Source: Schizochytrium sp. TIO01
Lineage: Eukaryota; Protista; Bigyra: Labyrinthulomycetes
DNA length: 64,000 nt
Assembly: GCA_004764695.1 (NCBI GenBank)
Contig: SMSO01000035.1
Coordinates: forward strand, 4,042,040-4,106,039
Direction of reading: 5' to 3'
Shown here: piece after piece, positions 47,729 to 59,912 of the stretch
Position numbering within the stretch: position 1 is the first letter of the stretch
Layout of the letters: the number at the start of each line of letters is the position of its first letter
Program-made: the position numbers and the translations under genes
Notes under the pieces: generated by a model
What the model was told of the DNA's origin: nothing
Seen by the model: the letters and a program-made list of their open reading frames with translations, nothing else
Databases searched by the model: none

Positions 47729-50700
47729 AGTGCACTAGTAATAGATGCTTCTCCAATGCGAATTTTGGAGGCACTCTGAAGCAATATGCAAATAGTACAT
47801 AGTAATCCATTCCTCTTTTTTCCGTTTTTGTTTTGATTCAGATCTGTTTCTTATCAGTCTGATTTGTCAGCAAGCCAGAAAGATCATGCCAAGTTTCTTC
47901 AGTGGTCGCGGTTAACATGCAACATTGTCAGAAACTTACTCGATAAAATGATCAAAGTTGTATTGGAATTTTTGCATTGAATTTCCCGCTCGACTTATGT
48001 CATTGGATGAAGTTCATATAGGCTAGCGTCCTGCTACTATTATCAACACATTGCATGCTATGCCATCCTTAAGCATTCAAGTACTCCATAGTTTTTGATG
48101 CGAATGGTCCTGCTCACTAGATTTTCGGCACTACATGAACGCTTATTACTTTGCCAGTGTGAGTGTAAGTTGTATGAAACGCTCCGTTATAAAGACAAGC
48201 TTACAGAAGCAGCAAAGTTTGTCAGACTTTAGTAATTTTTGTAGGTTTTCATGCTTTGAATCATGCAGAGTTGTTTCCATTCCTTGATCTTGCTATGGTC
48301 TTGCTATGGTTAGTAGGTAGGTCGGCAGCGACATTTGCGAAATCTAACTTCTTGCCCAATAAACTTTCCATCTTCAAAATAGTAGTGTTCTCGTTAATTA
48401 TTATCATCAGGTTTATTAATAATGATGATACCATAAATTGTACGCTTCCAGGGCACGGTGGCGATTTAGCTGCCGCTGGGCATGGCAAATCACCCAAGAA
48501 GTCCTATTCACGACAGTTCAGGTTCGTGTGAATGGTTCTTTGCAATATTGTTCATTGATCAGCTACGGAGTCAGTCCATCGCTGTAGGTTCCCTTCTACT
48601 GAAGAATGTTTGCTATTCAGTAGGTAGGTAGTAGATTATTACTCACCTCCATTGGAATTCTGAGCAATTACCATTGCCGAGAACTTCTTTGGCAACACTA
48701 CTACCGTACACAGATAGGGGTCAAACTTTCCCACTCTTCGCCACTGATGCTACTGTGCTTTGTGGAGTGTTTCTGGCTGGAAGGGTTCTCGCAGACATCT
48801 GGGTAGATGATATCTGCTTCCTCACCGTGGCATGCTTCAAGTTGTTTTTCATCAGCGAGCTCCATGATGATGCTCACGATGATCAATAAGTCCTGCAATT
48901 GATGGACTCAGTGAAAAAAAGGGTAAGCTAATCATTCAGAACTTCGGGGCAAGTAAGTGATGAATTTGCTAGTGCCTAAAATGTTATAGCGTATAGGCCA
49001 GGCGAACTCTATTTATCCAACCAAGCTGAGCACAAATTGGACCCAGACCTATCGATTGCGTTCTCTATCGGCATGAATAATAGATACTTTTTTAGTTAGG
49101 TTTTCATCAAAGCGAAAGGACTGATAGAAGTAGTATTGGGGGGTAGTGAAAGTATTCTCCATCAGAAAACATTACTGAGGTAGAGACTTCTTCTGAAAAT
49201 ACAACAACTCAGAATAAAAACCCTGTGCCAATAAATAGCCTTGCCTTGTCAAGTCGGAGCGAGTGAGTTTGATCGCTCGGCACTCACACAGCCTGGGATC
49301 TCGTAGTCTATTGCATTCTGGTCACATTCTCACAAGCTCTAAAGGTCGTGGTGTTAAATCTATGGCAAGGAATAGTAACGCCATTTTTGCTCTCTCACAC
49401 CTCGTAAGCGTAAGGCTTGGAGAGCATTTTAAGGCAGCTGCTGTTGGAGGCACGGCAAGGTTTTCTACAATGGCTGACACCAACCTGGGCGACCTCCAGC
49501 CGCCCAGTCTCCCAGGCAAATAAATACCTAGGCACTACGAGCTCTCCATGCTGCGAAACGAAGTCAAGTAGAAGCGGTTGTGGCTGGCTAGCCGCTTTCT
49601 TTCCGTCGGAACTGCACAAACAAAGAAACCATTGTACGGGGAAATTCCATGGTAGGGGTACTGCGCAAGACTTAGAGGCAAAATATCCAGTACCCCAATA
49701 TATGCTGAGGGAAGTGATCGCGTGTTGTGGTGATAAGAGTCCCTCTGTGCCCCCAGAGATTGCTGGCTGGTGGAGAAGGACTCAGAGATTGCATCTTCTT
49801 TAAGGGAGATTGATCTGATCTTCTTTAAGTTAGAGGCCAATGGCGGCGATGTGACCAATGGTCTCGGCGACGAGCACAACTTCAGGAGAACCCCCTAATA
49901 CTTTCTGAGAATTCAGATAAGAGGCCATGGCAATTATTTTGGACACCAAGCCAGGTCCTTTCTCTGGCGAGGATCTTCGAAGCTGGCCTGAGAACTGATT
50001 TCTGCAGCACGATCGTGGCTTGTGTTTGTATGGACGATTCTTGGAGGGTTATATGTCTCTTTGTGTTATAGCGCAGTTCACAGTTCGCCCTCGCTTTGGG
50101 CTGCTTGTACATTTATTGATTTATCGATTTACTTGTGTATTATGTGTTTGTGTATTTATGTATTGTTTATTTGTTCGTTCGTTCGTTCATTCGTTCGTTC
50201 GATCATTCGTTTACATTTATTTATTCATGGCATTGCGATCGATACACAGGTACCGACCAGTTCTTGCGTGTGGGCTGAGATGAGGTAAATTAAGTGGTCT
50301 TGGTCGGGTTGCAATGTCCTGCTTACGCGTGCATTGATTGAGTTAGATCTTGAAGAATTAGCGAAGCGAAGGTGCTTTTGCTGCGATCCAGGGTCATGGC
50401 TTGATCAATAGCGAGCGGGACTTTTCACACGCTCGTGAAGAAGCTTGCAAATCGCCGGTCAGCAATCGAGTTGCTTCGGGCTAAATCACAATGGCGAGAC
50501 GCGAGCGAAGGAGCGAGTGAACAAATGGATTAGGGAATAAATGAATAATGAACGAGTGAACGAATATGGGAACGAATGAATCATCGATTGAATGCGTGCA
50601 TGAATCTGTGATGCTGGCAGACTGACTTCGATTGCAATTGAACCACTCGCTGTGATCCCCTCTAGCACTAACTATGCCCCACTAGGAACCCCTCCTCCTC

Positions 50701-51488
50701 CTTTCTCTTTCTTTCTTCTACCTATGAGTACGTAGTACCTTTCTATCTCTTCTATCATCTCTTTGTGTGTCTTTCTTCTAATTGGACATCCTTAGCTTCT
50801 CTCTCTGGACGCCTGGAACTCCTACGGAGTGGATGATGGTAGGGCCTATTGCATTGGTGCTTGGTGAACAGGGTTCTTTGCTCTTGCTTTGGGCAGGTAT
50901 GCCTGCTGTTGTTCTTCAGGCTCCATTTGATGATCTTTCTTGAGTTCTACATGAAGTTGACTTTTGCATTCATCTTCGCATCACAGAGCATAAATAATTT
51001 ATGTATTTCTGTTTTAGTTAAAGTACTCTTTTTAAAACTTAGTTTCCAATACTTAAAAAAGTAGGGAAAAAAGAAAAAAAAAAAAAAAAGTCTGCTCAAG
51101 TTCGATGGTTTGTTTGTTCTATTGCCGAGAAAGAAGAGTATGGAGTCTATTTATTATCAATATTACTGCTATTGTCCGAATCCAAGATTTGTCAGAATTC
51201 ATTTCATTCATTTGTCTATTTGTTTATTTGTTTATTTGTTTATTTGTTTATTCATCAAAATGATTTTTGTTGACAAAACATCACACTAATAGTAAGTAAT
51301 ACAAAGTTCTTTACTTCAAAACCATTTTAAAGTTAAAGTAAAGTTTTAAAAATAAAGTTCTCTCTTATAGTCGATAAGTAGGTACTCCTAGGCCTACTCT
51401 ATGTAGCATTGTTGCCGCGTTTCGTCCATTCATCCATCTCCCGGAGCCGTCGATCGATCGAGCGGGCGATCGATCGTTCCTCCTTCTC

Positions 51489-51489
<1 letters not shown>

Positions 51490-51520
<31 letters not shown>
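51490..51520. repeat. (CAG)10 tract upstream of the importin gene
   Basis: Read directly; followed by short TTG/TTC tracts at ~51596-51624. Confidence 0.9.
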
Positions 51521-51521
<1 letters not shown>

Positions 51522-51719
51522 GCCGCGTGTTCCAGCCCCACCCTTTCCGGCGTGCGTTTCTTCTGCTCTTGGCTTGCTTTCTCCAGCTAGTTAGGTGTTG
51601 TTGTTGTTGTTCTTCTTCTTCTTCTCCAACCACCCAATCATTCACTCGTTCATTTACGAGTCTTGAAGAAGCGAGCAAGGCAGCAGATCTCCAAACCTCC
51701 CTCCTGACTGGACGCCACG

Positions 51720-54700
51720 ATGGAGGCCATTTTGCGGAGCCTGCAGTCGAACAACAACGCCGAGCGTGATGCCGCCGAGCGTCAGTTCAACCAGGCGCTC
51801 GCCAGCGATGTGCGCTCTACGATGAACAACCTCCTGCAGCTTGTGCTCGTGAGCCCTGACGCCGCTCTGTGCCAATTTGGCGCTGTGCTCTTCCGCGGCC
51901 AGCTCCTGCGCAAGAAGACCGGTGAGAAGTGGTGGAAGACGCTCTCGCAGGCCGAGCAGCAGAACCTCCGCGATGTGCTTCTCCAGCGCCTCCAGAGCGC
52001 ACCCACGCCCAAGACCAAGCGCCAGGTCAGTCAGATCGTGGCTCAGGTCGCACGCATGAGCTACGACAAGCAAGGAAACGACACCTGGCCCGGACTCCTC
52101 GCTGGCTTGGCCCAGATGTGCACCGTCTCTGGCGACAACGGCGCCACTGCAAACGTGGCTGTGATGACCGTCGAGGAGATCATGAAGACCGTGCCCGCCA
52201 AGGCCGAGACTGACGAGACTCCCTTCCAGCTCCGTGACCTCCTGGTCAAGATGATGGTCTCTCCTCCTGACAACAGCGCCGCCGTTCGCGTAGCAGCTGT
52301 ATCCGGAGCTGCATGCCTCTTGGCATTTGTTGACGAGGCCGACGGAGAGCACTTCCAGAGCGTCATCCCAGCTGCACTCAACGTGGTGACACAGATCGGC
52401 GGCAGCGAGGAACTCTTGCTCAAGTGGTGCGAGTCTGTCATTGAGGTGATCCACAACCAGCCGCGCCTGGTCCACAAGAGTAACGTGGCAGAGCAGCTCG
52501 TGCAGACAATGCTGGAGCTTGGCGGCGCCGCCGCGAACAACGGATCTGAGGATGTGCAGAAGCAGAGCGTGGAGGTCTGCCTGCAGGTGGCCGTGGAGCT
52601 TCCCCTCGCGATTAAGGGTAACGAGGGCCTGATCAATGGCCTTCTCGAGGCGTGCATCCGCCTGACCCTTCACGCCGATGAGGACGAAGACGAGGATGAC
52701 TTTTCCAAGGTCGAGGGAGCCGCAGATGAGGACACACTCTACGACCACGGCTTCCGTGCGCTGTACATCCTGATCGAGCACCTCGGAGAGGATCTCACGG
52801 TGCCCAAGCTCTTCCCCATGATCCACCAGCTTCTTGCCCAGACCGGGGACTGGCGCCGTGAGCGTGCCGGTATCTCGGCCCTCAACTCGCTCGCTTACAC
52901 CTCTGGTAAGCTTCTCTACGAAAGCCTTCAGTCTGTGCTCGAGCGCCTCGTGCCTTTCGTCAACAACCCGAGCACCAAGATGCGTGTACGCCATGTTGCT
53001 CTCGACACCCTCAGCACGCTCCTGTTTGTGTACTCTGATGTATCTTCGCTGTACGAGGATGACGAGGACTCGGACGAGACTGGCTTTGACAACGCTACTG
53101 AGCGTGATAACATTCAGAAGCTCTTCGGCCCCATGTTGCTCGACACCATCGTCAAGACCCTCGAGGCACCGCAGTCCCGGTCCCCGGCACAGTGGGCTTT
53201 TGCCAGCAAGGGTGCACTCGCCGTCGCATACTATTGCTCTGGCGCCGAGGATGGTAAGGGTGCTGACCTTCTCAAGAACGCTGCCCAGCCCGTGCTTGAG
53301 CGTCTCTACCATCTTGTGGAGGCCACCAGCTCCCTTCAGCAGGCACAGACCCAGCAGCACGGCTTTGTCTACTTTGATGGTGCCGTCGATGTTGCCGATG
53401 TCATGGGATCCTGCCTTCAGGCTATTGGAGCCATTGCTAAGTCTCTTGGCGAGGACTTCATTCCGTTTTATGACACCTTCATGCCGCTTGTGAAGAAGGT
53501 CTACGCAATGCAGGAGCAGGCCGTATCTGAGGCCAAGGCCCAGATGGCAGCTCATCAGAACGTGGGCAAGATGTCCACCGAGCGCACCACATGGAATGAG
53601 AAGCAGAACCACCTCCTTGGTCTGGCTATGGAGTGCATGTCCTTCATGGGTATGGCTGTTGGTGCTGCCAAGTTCATGCCTGATGCAGGCAACCTCATGG
53701 AGTTTGTTATCCGCTACATGGACACCGAGTGGAGCAAGGGCGACTCGGACCGCAACGGACAGGTCGCCAGCCTTGCCACCAACATCTGCGTGTGCATGGG
53801 AGAGTCCGTGGACGAGCATATCCTCGGCAAGGTGGTGCCGCGCCTCATTGAGTGGGCCCGCGTGCCGCACTACTACACCCCGGATGATGCCGAGCTCGAT
53901 AAGCTTCAGGAGGAAGACGACGAGGACGAGGAGGCTGAGGACACCCAGGGTAAGCAGTACGTTATGACCGAGGAGGGTATTCTCTGCATCAACACCTACC
54001 AGGTCAAGGAGAAGCAGAAGGTCATTGAGCTTATCCAGACTCTCATCGCAGACCTCGGCACCAAGCTTATGCCCTGGCTCGGAGATCTTGCAGGCCTCCT
54101 TATTGAGCTTCTTAACGGAGACGTTACCGCCCCGGATATTCAGCTCTACGCCATCTACGGTCTCGGCGGCTTGATTGGCTCCATGAGCAAGTGGCTTCAG
54201 CAGCCCTCGATTCAAGTCAACGAGCAGCGCCGTGAGTTTGCGCAGAATGTCTTCCAGAATGCACTCTCCTGCTGCGTGAACAGCCTCGTTGACGGTTTTA
54301 TTGAGGCCGAGGGCGAGGATGAGGAGCGTGAGAACGACGAGGAGATGGGCAAGGAGATGGATGAGGATGAGGACCAGAGCTCGCTCCTTCTCACCACCAC
54401 TGCTAACCAGATCACTGAGATCCTCCGTGCTGCCTTCGAGAGCGGTGGACTCACGGATTCCAACATTGACCGCATGTGCGCCGATGACTACACCCGTGAG
54501 CGCTTCCCCCCCGTTTTCAACGTGCATGCTGAGATGATCCCCGAGACCATCGAGACCCTCGTTTCCCTCATGAAGCGTTCTTGCGAGCGCCCCCGCGGTA
54601 AGCCTTGGTGGAAGGACTCCCACAACCATGAGGTTATGGATGCCCTCGCGGAGAGCGTCGGCCTCCTTGTCAAGTCCCATGGTGAGGCTGCTCTTCAAGC

Positions 54701-55397
54701 CTTTGCAGAACACGTTCTTCCCGTGGCCCACAGCCTTCTCGACGCTCCCCTCAGCAAGGAGTCCAACGGTGTCACACCTTCCCTCAAGGCTGTTGGTCTC
54801 TTCTTCTTGGACGATGTCATCGAGTACGGTGGTCCTCGTGCCGCAGAGCTCGTCAACAAGGCGGTTCCCTACCTCCTTCAGCACTCTGATGCTGCCAACA
54901 ACGGACTTCGCCAGGCTTCCCTCTTCGGTCTTGGTGTCTGTGTGCAGCACGGTGGCAACTTTGTGGACCAGTACATGGACAAGATTGTAAACGCCCTGGT
55001 TGCAGCCATCGAGGCCCCTAACTCTCGCACGGGCTTTGGTGCCAGCGCCACGGATAACGCCATCTCTGCTTTGCTCAAGTGCATCATCTTCAAGAACGCT
55101 TCGAGCATCATCTCCAAGTTCCTCACATACCCGCCGTGCAAGTCCGATGCGCTCGAGTCCCGCATTGTTCACTACCGCTTGTACCGCACTCTCGCCACAC
55201 AGAACGCGAACTTCATGCCGCATGCTGACCGCATCCGCCAGATCCTCCTTGAGGCCTGTACCGCTGACAACGGCCGCGACGAGAAAACCGGAGTCTACGA
55301 TGAGGATGCATCCATTGTCTCCAACGAAACGAGGGCTTGGGTGCACGCCAACCTTGGCGGCCCCGCGCCTGTGCAACCCCCTGTGCCTCCCTCATAA
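51720..55397 (+). CDS. Importin-5/karyopherin-beta-3-like HEAT-repeat nuclear transport receptor
   Basis: N-terminal RDAAERQFN, WPGLL, DWRRERAG, RVRHVAL, AMECMSFMGMAVG..KF, FFLDDVIEY, LRQASLFGLGVC, ATDNAISAL. Strong GC3 codon bias. Confidence 0.85.
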   Translation: MEAILRSLQSNNNAERDAAERQFNQALASDVRSTMNNLLQLVLVSPDAALCQFGAVLFRGQLLRKKTGEKWWKTLSQAEQQNLRDVLLQRLQSAPTPKTKRQVSQIVAQVARMSYDKQGNDTWPGLLAGLAQMCTVSGDNGATANVAVMTVEEIMKTVPAKAETDETPFQLRDLLVKMMVSPPDNSAAVRVAAVSGAACLLAFVDEADGEHFQSVIPAALNVVTQIGGSEELLLKWCESVIEVIHNQPRLVHKSNVAEQLVQTMLELGGAAANNGSEDVQKQSVEVCLQVAVELPLAIKGNEGLINGLLEACIRLTLHADEDEDEDDFSKVEGAADEDTLYDHGFRALYILIEHLGEDLTVPKLFPMIHQLLAQTGDWRRERAGISALNSLAYTSGKLLYESLQSVLERLVPFVNNPSTKMRVRHVALDTLSTLLFVYSDVSSLYEDDEDSDETGFDNATERDNIQKLFGPMLLDTIVKTLEAPQSRSPAQWAFASKGALAVAYYCSGAEDGKGADLLKNAAQPVLERLYHLVEATSSLQQAQTQQHGFVYFDGAVDVADVMGSCLQAIGAIAKSLGEDFIPFYDTFMPLVKKVYAMQEQAVSEAKAQMAAHQNVGKMSTERTTWNEKQNHLLGLAMECMSFMGMAVGAAKFMPDAGNLMEFVIRYMDTEWSKGDSDRNGQVASLATNICVCMGESVDEHILGKVVPRLIEWARVPHYYTPDDAELDKLQEEDDEDEEAEDTQGKQYVMTEEGILCINTYQVKEKQKVIELIQTLIADLGTKLMPWLGDLAGLLIELLNGDVTAPDIQLYAIYGLGGLIGSMSKWLQQPSIQVNEQRREFAQNVFQNALSCCVNSLVDGFIEAEGEDEERENDEEMGKEMDEDEDQSSLLLTTTANQITEILRAAFESGGLTDSNIDRMCADDYTRERFPPVFNVHAEMIPETIETLVSLMKRSCERPRGKPWWKDSHNHEVMDALAESVGLLVKSHGEAALQAFAEHVLPVAHSLLDAPLSKESNGVTPSLKAVGLFFLDDVIEYGGPRAAELVNKAVPYLLQHSDAANNGLRQASLFGLGVCVQHGGNFVDQYMDKIVNALVAAIEAPNSRTGFGASATDNAISALLKCIIFKNASSIISKFLTYPPCKSDALESRIVHYRLYRTLATQNANFMPHADRIRQILLEACTADNGRDEKTGVYDEDASIVSNETRAWVHANLGGPAPVQPPVPPS

Positions 55398-58289
55398 ATT
55401 TGTTTCCTGCACTTGTCACCTTCAAAAACAAAACAAAACAGATTTTGACGATAACACCATGTTATCAACAAAAACAATCGACTTATTGAGGAGCTCTATG
55501 CTTTCGTTTTGTTCTTGTTGATAAATATTGTTTCTCGTTAAAACTCCGCCACCCGAGAGAGCATAGCTGAAGAAAACACTTCAGACCTAAGCACACGCTA
55601 CACAACCCCTTACGTACAGCAATAGAGCAACGACCAATACTCTACTTTCTACAAACATACATCCTACTATTCACGATGAAGAAGGAGATTTATTCCGTGC
55701 ATTCGATTGGTCTTTTTCTCCCAACCTGATCTATCTTTTCACATTTTACGTACTCGCTAAAATCAATTTTAGAGACACATACTACTACTACTGCTACTAT
55801 TATTATCACCACTGGTATATAAGTATACTTTGGGGTATTAAGTTGTCGTTGTTGCTACCAAAGCTAATGCTTTGAGTTTGTTTTGGAGTTTTCTAGGACA
55901 GATCATGATGTTTGTCTGTTTATATGCACTTTCTGTGTGGTATAACCCCCCCCAGATGCCCTAGTATGCAGGTCGTGTTACTCATCCTCATGATCACATT
56001 GCCGCTCTTTTGTAAGCTATCACCGCAGTTGTTATGACCATTTCTATTTTGTATTTTACTGGTTTTAACCCGAGCAACAGAACTAAACCTCGGTTCAGCC
56101 TAGTGCAGCATCACTCTAATGTCGATTGAATGGGTCAAATTGATTGTCATAATTCAGGTTCTTCAATAACTGTTTAACTCATTTGATCAGTCAGAGCAAG
56201 CCTGATAAATTTGACCATCGAATTATTAGATCGCTTGCCAAGTAATCTATCTTTAGAAACCTTAGTTTAATTTTGACCTCGTCCACGAAATGGTATTTTG
56301 TAAATTATATGGAACCCCTTCGTCATATTCATTCAACCGTCTCCATAAATCTTTGCCTTGATAACGCCAATCCTCTCCAAGACGATATGTACCCGCTGTC
56401 AAATTTCCAAACACTCTCGCAAGATGATTGGTCTTACAGGAGTGCATCCGTCACTCCGTATGATGTGTAATTTTTACAGACAAACAAAACTCAGCAGCAC
56501 GCACAAACACTTTGAACCGAGCTGCTTGAACCAAGCTGGTGTACAAATACTTCGCCCCAGCTGCTAGGTTTACATGGCCTACAGCTGATGCCCAGGTTCG
56601 CACGGGTTGGCATCTATGCCATCGCCCCTTCTCAAACCATTTGCCCCTGAATCTCACAGTAGTGTTAATAACATTTTTACACCACCCATTTTCATATCAA
56701 ATACATGGCAGGGGAAAAAAGCGCGGGGAACTTGGAAAGAGAAAAGCCAAGAGTGAAGAACGAAGAGTTGACCAGGACTAAGAAAGATCTCATCCCTTCG
56801 CAGAGCTCTGCGCCAGATCCTGCACCTCCGCTGTTTCCCAAGTCTGCCCAGCACAAGGGAAGCGGGTATGCGCATCCAGTCCCAAACAGCGACAGGTTTG
56901 GAGAATGCTGTTTGTTTGCGGTAAAGCCTAAACCAGAATCGTAGCACGCTCTCTGCCCCTACTAGTAGCTAGTTGCTCCTACCAGTAGGCCTGCCTAGGC
57001 CCCACTAGTAGTGCCATCGCATGGTCTGTTCATTGCCCGTCTAACGACGAGCTCTCCTCGAATAGATTAGTAACGGTTCTCATCACGCAGCAGCAAAAGC
57101 GGTGGGCAGACCGCAGAGCGGAGCGTTGACTGGTTTATCGCCTGTGACCTCGCGAAAATTGGCGTACGTGGCCGAAGCTTTGCTATGTGCTGATCTCAGG
57201 GCCTATTTCCAAGTTCATCATTTGTCATCATTCAAGTTTTATTTCTAAAGTTATAAAAAAGCTGTTTTATAAAAAATGATGTATATATTTTTATTTTTAA
57301 AAGGGGCGAAGCAGCCTATTCGTACATATAGAGAAAGGACTACATCCTACGGTAAAATATGATAGCAATAGTGTTAATATTTATCGAAAGAAAAGTCGCC
57401 TTGGACAGACCAGACCGCCTGAAGACTAGACACCACTTGCCAAGGCAGTTCCATCATTTATTGTGCCTAGTGAAATCATCAACAGCGGAGAGGGCCTTTC
57501 TTTCATCATTGGTGCTCGCTCACCCGATGCCCATTTCCCCATACTCTAATGCTTTTGGTTCTCTCGTTTCTTCATTATTTAATTAAATAGTATTTCTTAG
57601 TAATGTGATATATATTGATTTTAATTTTAACATTTTAAAGTTAAAAATCTAATACGGCGTAATATGGTGGAAATAGATCGATCGATAAGGGGCACCTAAA
57701 AGGAAGGAAGATAAAAAATAAATGAAGAACTTTGAGGGCTAACTACCGCCCTATTAGCTAAAACAATAGCAGTGAGGTAAGGTTGAGATAATAAAGAGGA
57801 ATGAGTGGAATTGTCATCCTACTATGATAGTACTATCATATCCTTTACTTTCAGAGTATCTATCATTCATTGAATTGTGCTGAGATTAACTAACCTATGA
57901 TCTGTGCTTATTATGCTTAGTTCATTTAGGTTGTAGTACCAAGCTAAACACTGTGTATATATAGGAGATCAAGTTAACCACGACAACGGTGGCGTCGCGA
58001 GCGTCCAGCAAACCGGAATCACAACGAGCTAGGAGTTGGCCGCAAGGTAGTTGGGGGTAGGCGCACTGGAGCCAAGAGTGGCCTTGCCAAGTGTCACTGA
58101 CCCTGGAGATTGATTGCACTTGCGGTGGGAAGAACGAGCGATCCTCAGTTGACTTCTTGCAAAGCGACGTGAAGAAAGTCTGCAAGGTTGTCCACAAGGA
58201 CAGCTGGAAAAGTTTACGGGGATAGAGGTTGAACAGAATAACCTTGACGAAAGGTATATAAGCTCGCAACTTGCAGGAATCTCTAAACC

Positions 58290-59533
58290 ATGGAGGCGAT
58301 TGTTGGACTGATGACCAAGGTTGGCCCGGTGGTGCAGGCTGTGGTGATGGATGCTTCTGGCGAGTTCTCGGAGCAGACTATGGACATGACACCCGCCAAA
58401 GACGAGATTACCAAACTGCTTCAGGGCCAAGCAACCTTTATTGGCAAGTTCAGGGAGCAGGGTGTCGTGCTCATGCGCGTGCGTGAACCCGTAGAGGAAG
58501 TGCATTCCGTGAACAGCGGTGTGCTCCCGTACCCCTTCGACGCGATGGAAGACACTGTCCACGGATCTGTTCTGCTGCTCAAGATGAGTGATGATGCCGA
58601 GCCTGAAAGCTTTACTCTGGAAGGATTTTAAGATCCTTGAGGCTGCGCAAAAGGACAAGAAGGCCAACGGAATCGACGAAACAGCCATCGAAGAAAAACC
58701 CTGAAGATGACGCAGATGTTGCGCAGGAGGAAGATGACGCCGAAGAAGGCGAAGAAGAAGACGAAGATGGCGAAGACGAGGATGACGACGAGGATGATGA
58801 TGGCGAAGATGATGATGATGAGGATGACGATGGCGAAGATGACCAAGACGACCCCGCAGCCAACAACGAAGACGACAATGGTGATGACGAAGACGACGAC
58901 GAGGAAGATGAACCCTACAACGACGGCGATGATAATGAAGGCAACGATGATGACGTTGAAGGCGAAGGCAATGCCGAGGAAGAGGGCGAAGAAGAAGAAG
59001 ACGAAGGCGAAGATGAAGGCGAAGGCGAAGACGATGATCAAGAAGATGATCAGGAGGAGGGTGATGAAGAGGAAGAGGGTGACGAGGATCAAGATCAGGA
59101 TCAAGACGATGATGATCAAGAGGGAGAGGACGAGGAAGAGGAAGAAGTGGAAGGCGATGAAAACGCTGAAGGCGAATCTGACAATGGCGAGGGCAACGAC
59201 GGCGAAGATGACGCAGAAGACGACGACGACGACGAAGACGAAGACGACGAAGGCAACGATGATCAAGAGGAGGAGGGTGACGAAGAGGAGGAAGAGGAGG
59301 AAGAGGAGGGCGACCAGAGCCCCTCCGGTAAGCGAAAGTCAGAGGCCGAGGACATTCACATCACAAAAAAGACCAAAACGAACGACGATGACGATGACGA
59401 AGAACAGGTCGACGATGATGAAGAAGAAGGTGATGACCAAGACGAAAACGTTCAGGAGGGCGACGACGATGACGACGACGACGATGAACAAGTTAACGAT
59501 GATGATGATGATGATGATGAAGACGATGAGTAA
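58290..59533 (+). CDS. Small globular domain + very long Asp/Glu tail with bipartite NLS-like motif; two apparent +1 frameshifts (~58622, ~58700)
   Basis: Reconstruction ...EPESFTLE/DFKILEAAQKDKKANGIDETAIEEKP/EDDADVAQEEDD... links ORF 58290-58631 with the acidic frame ending at 59533. KRKSEAEDIHITKKTK lies within the tail. Confidence 0.7.
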
Positions 59534-59912
59534 GTACACTAAAATTACTGCTGAATGGAGATTCACTCCCATCATGTTTTCTAAATTAAATAGTCGAGGT
59601 AATGCATTGGCAAGCGGAGCTCCAAAGGTCTTTTTAAAACATCCATATTCCCTCTTTTTACAAATCAAATTATGCTAGTGCTGTGGACCAATATCGCTAG
59701 TATTCTTGTGTAACCAAAATACAATGTTTCTCGTGATCTATAAGTATACGTCCAGTCTTTCTATTCCTTTCTTTGGAGTAATTAATCGTTTATGCAGCTT
59801 CACAAAAACAATGAGCGCAACTTTAAAGTCGAAGACTTCCCATAATTAATTTTATCTTTTTCAAACTCGCTCTTTACTTTCCGCCAGCTTCTAGATAAGC
59901 TTGATGATACGT

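Noticed and set aside
51654-55376. 1240-codon antisense ORF over the importin gene
   Set aside because: Codon-aligned with the sense frame; it stays open only because this highly biased gene avoids TTA/CTA/TCA. The translation has no protein-like features.
56262-56657. Two in-frame minus-strand ORFs separated by a single TGA (possible selenocysteine or readthrough)
   Set aside because: No recognisable domain, redox motif or SECIS-like element; no ATG start.
57823-57840. Perfect 18-bp palindrome TATGATAGTACTATCATA
   Set aside because: Isolated, AT-rich, no second copy or associated element.
58628-59678. K/M/T-rich ORF (58707-59678 +) and hydrophobic antisense ORFs
   Set aside because: Alternative-frame shadows of GAN-rich acidic codons.
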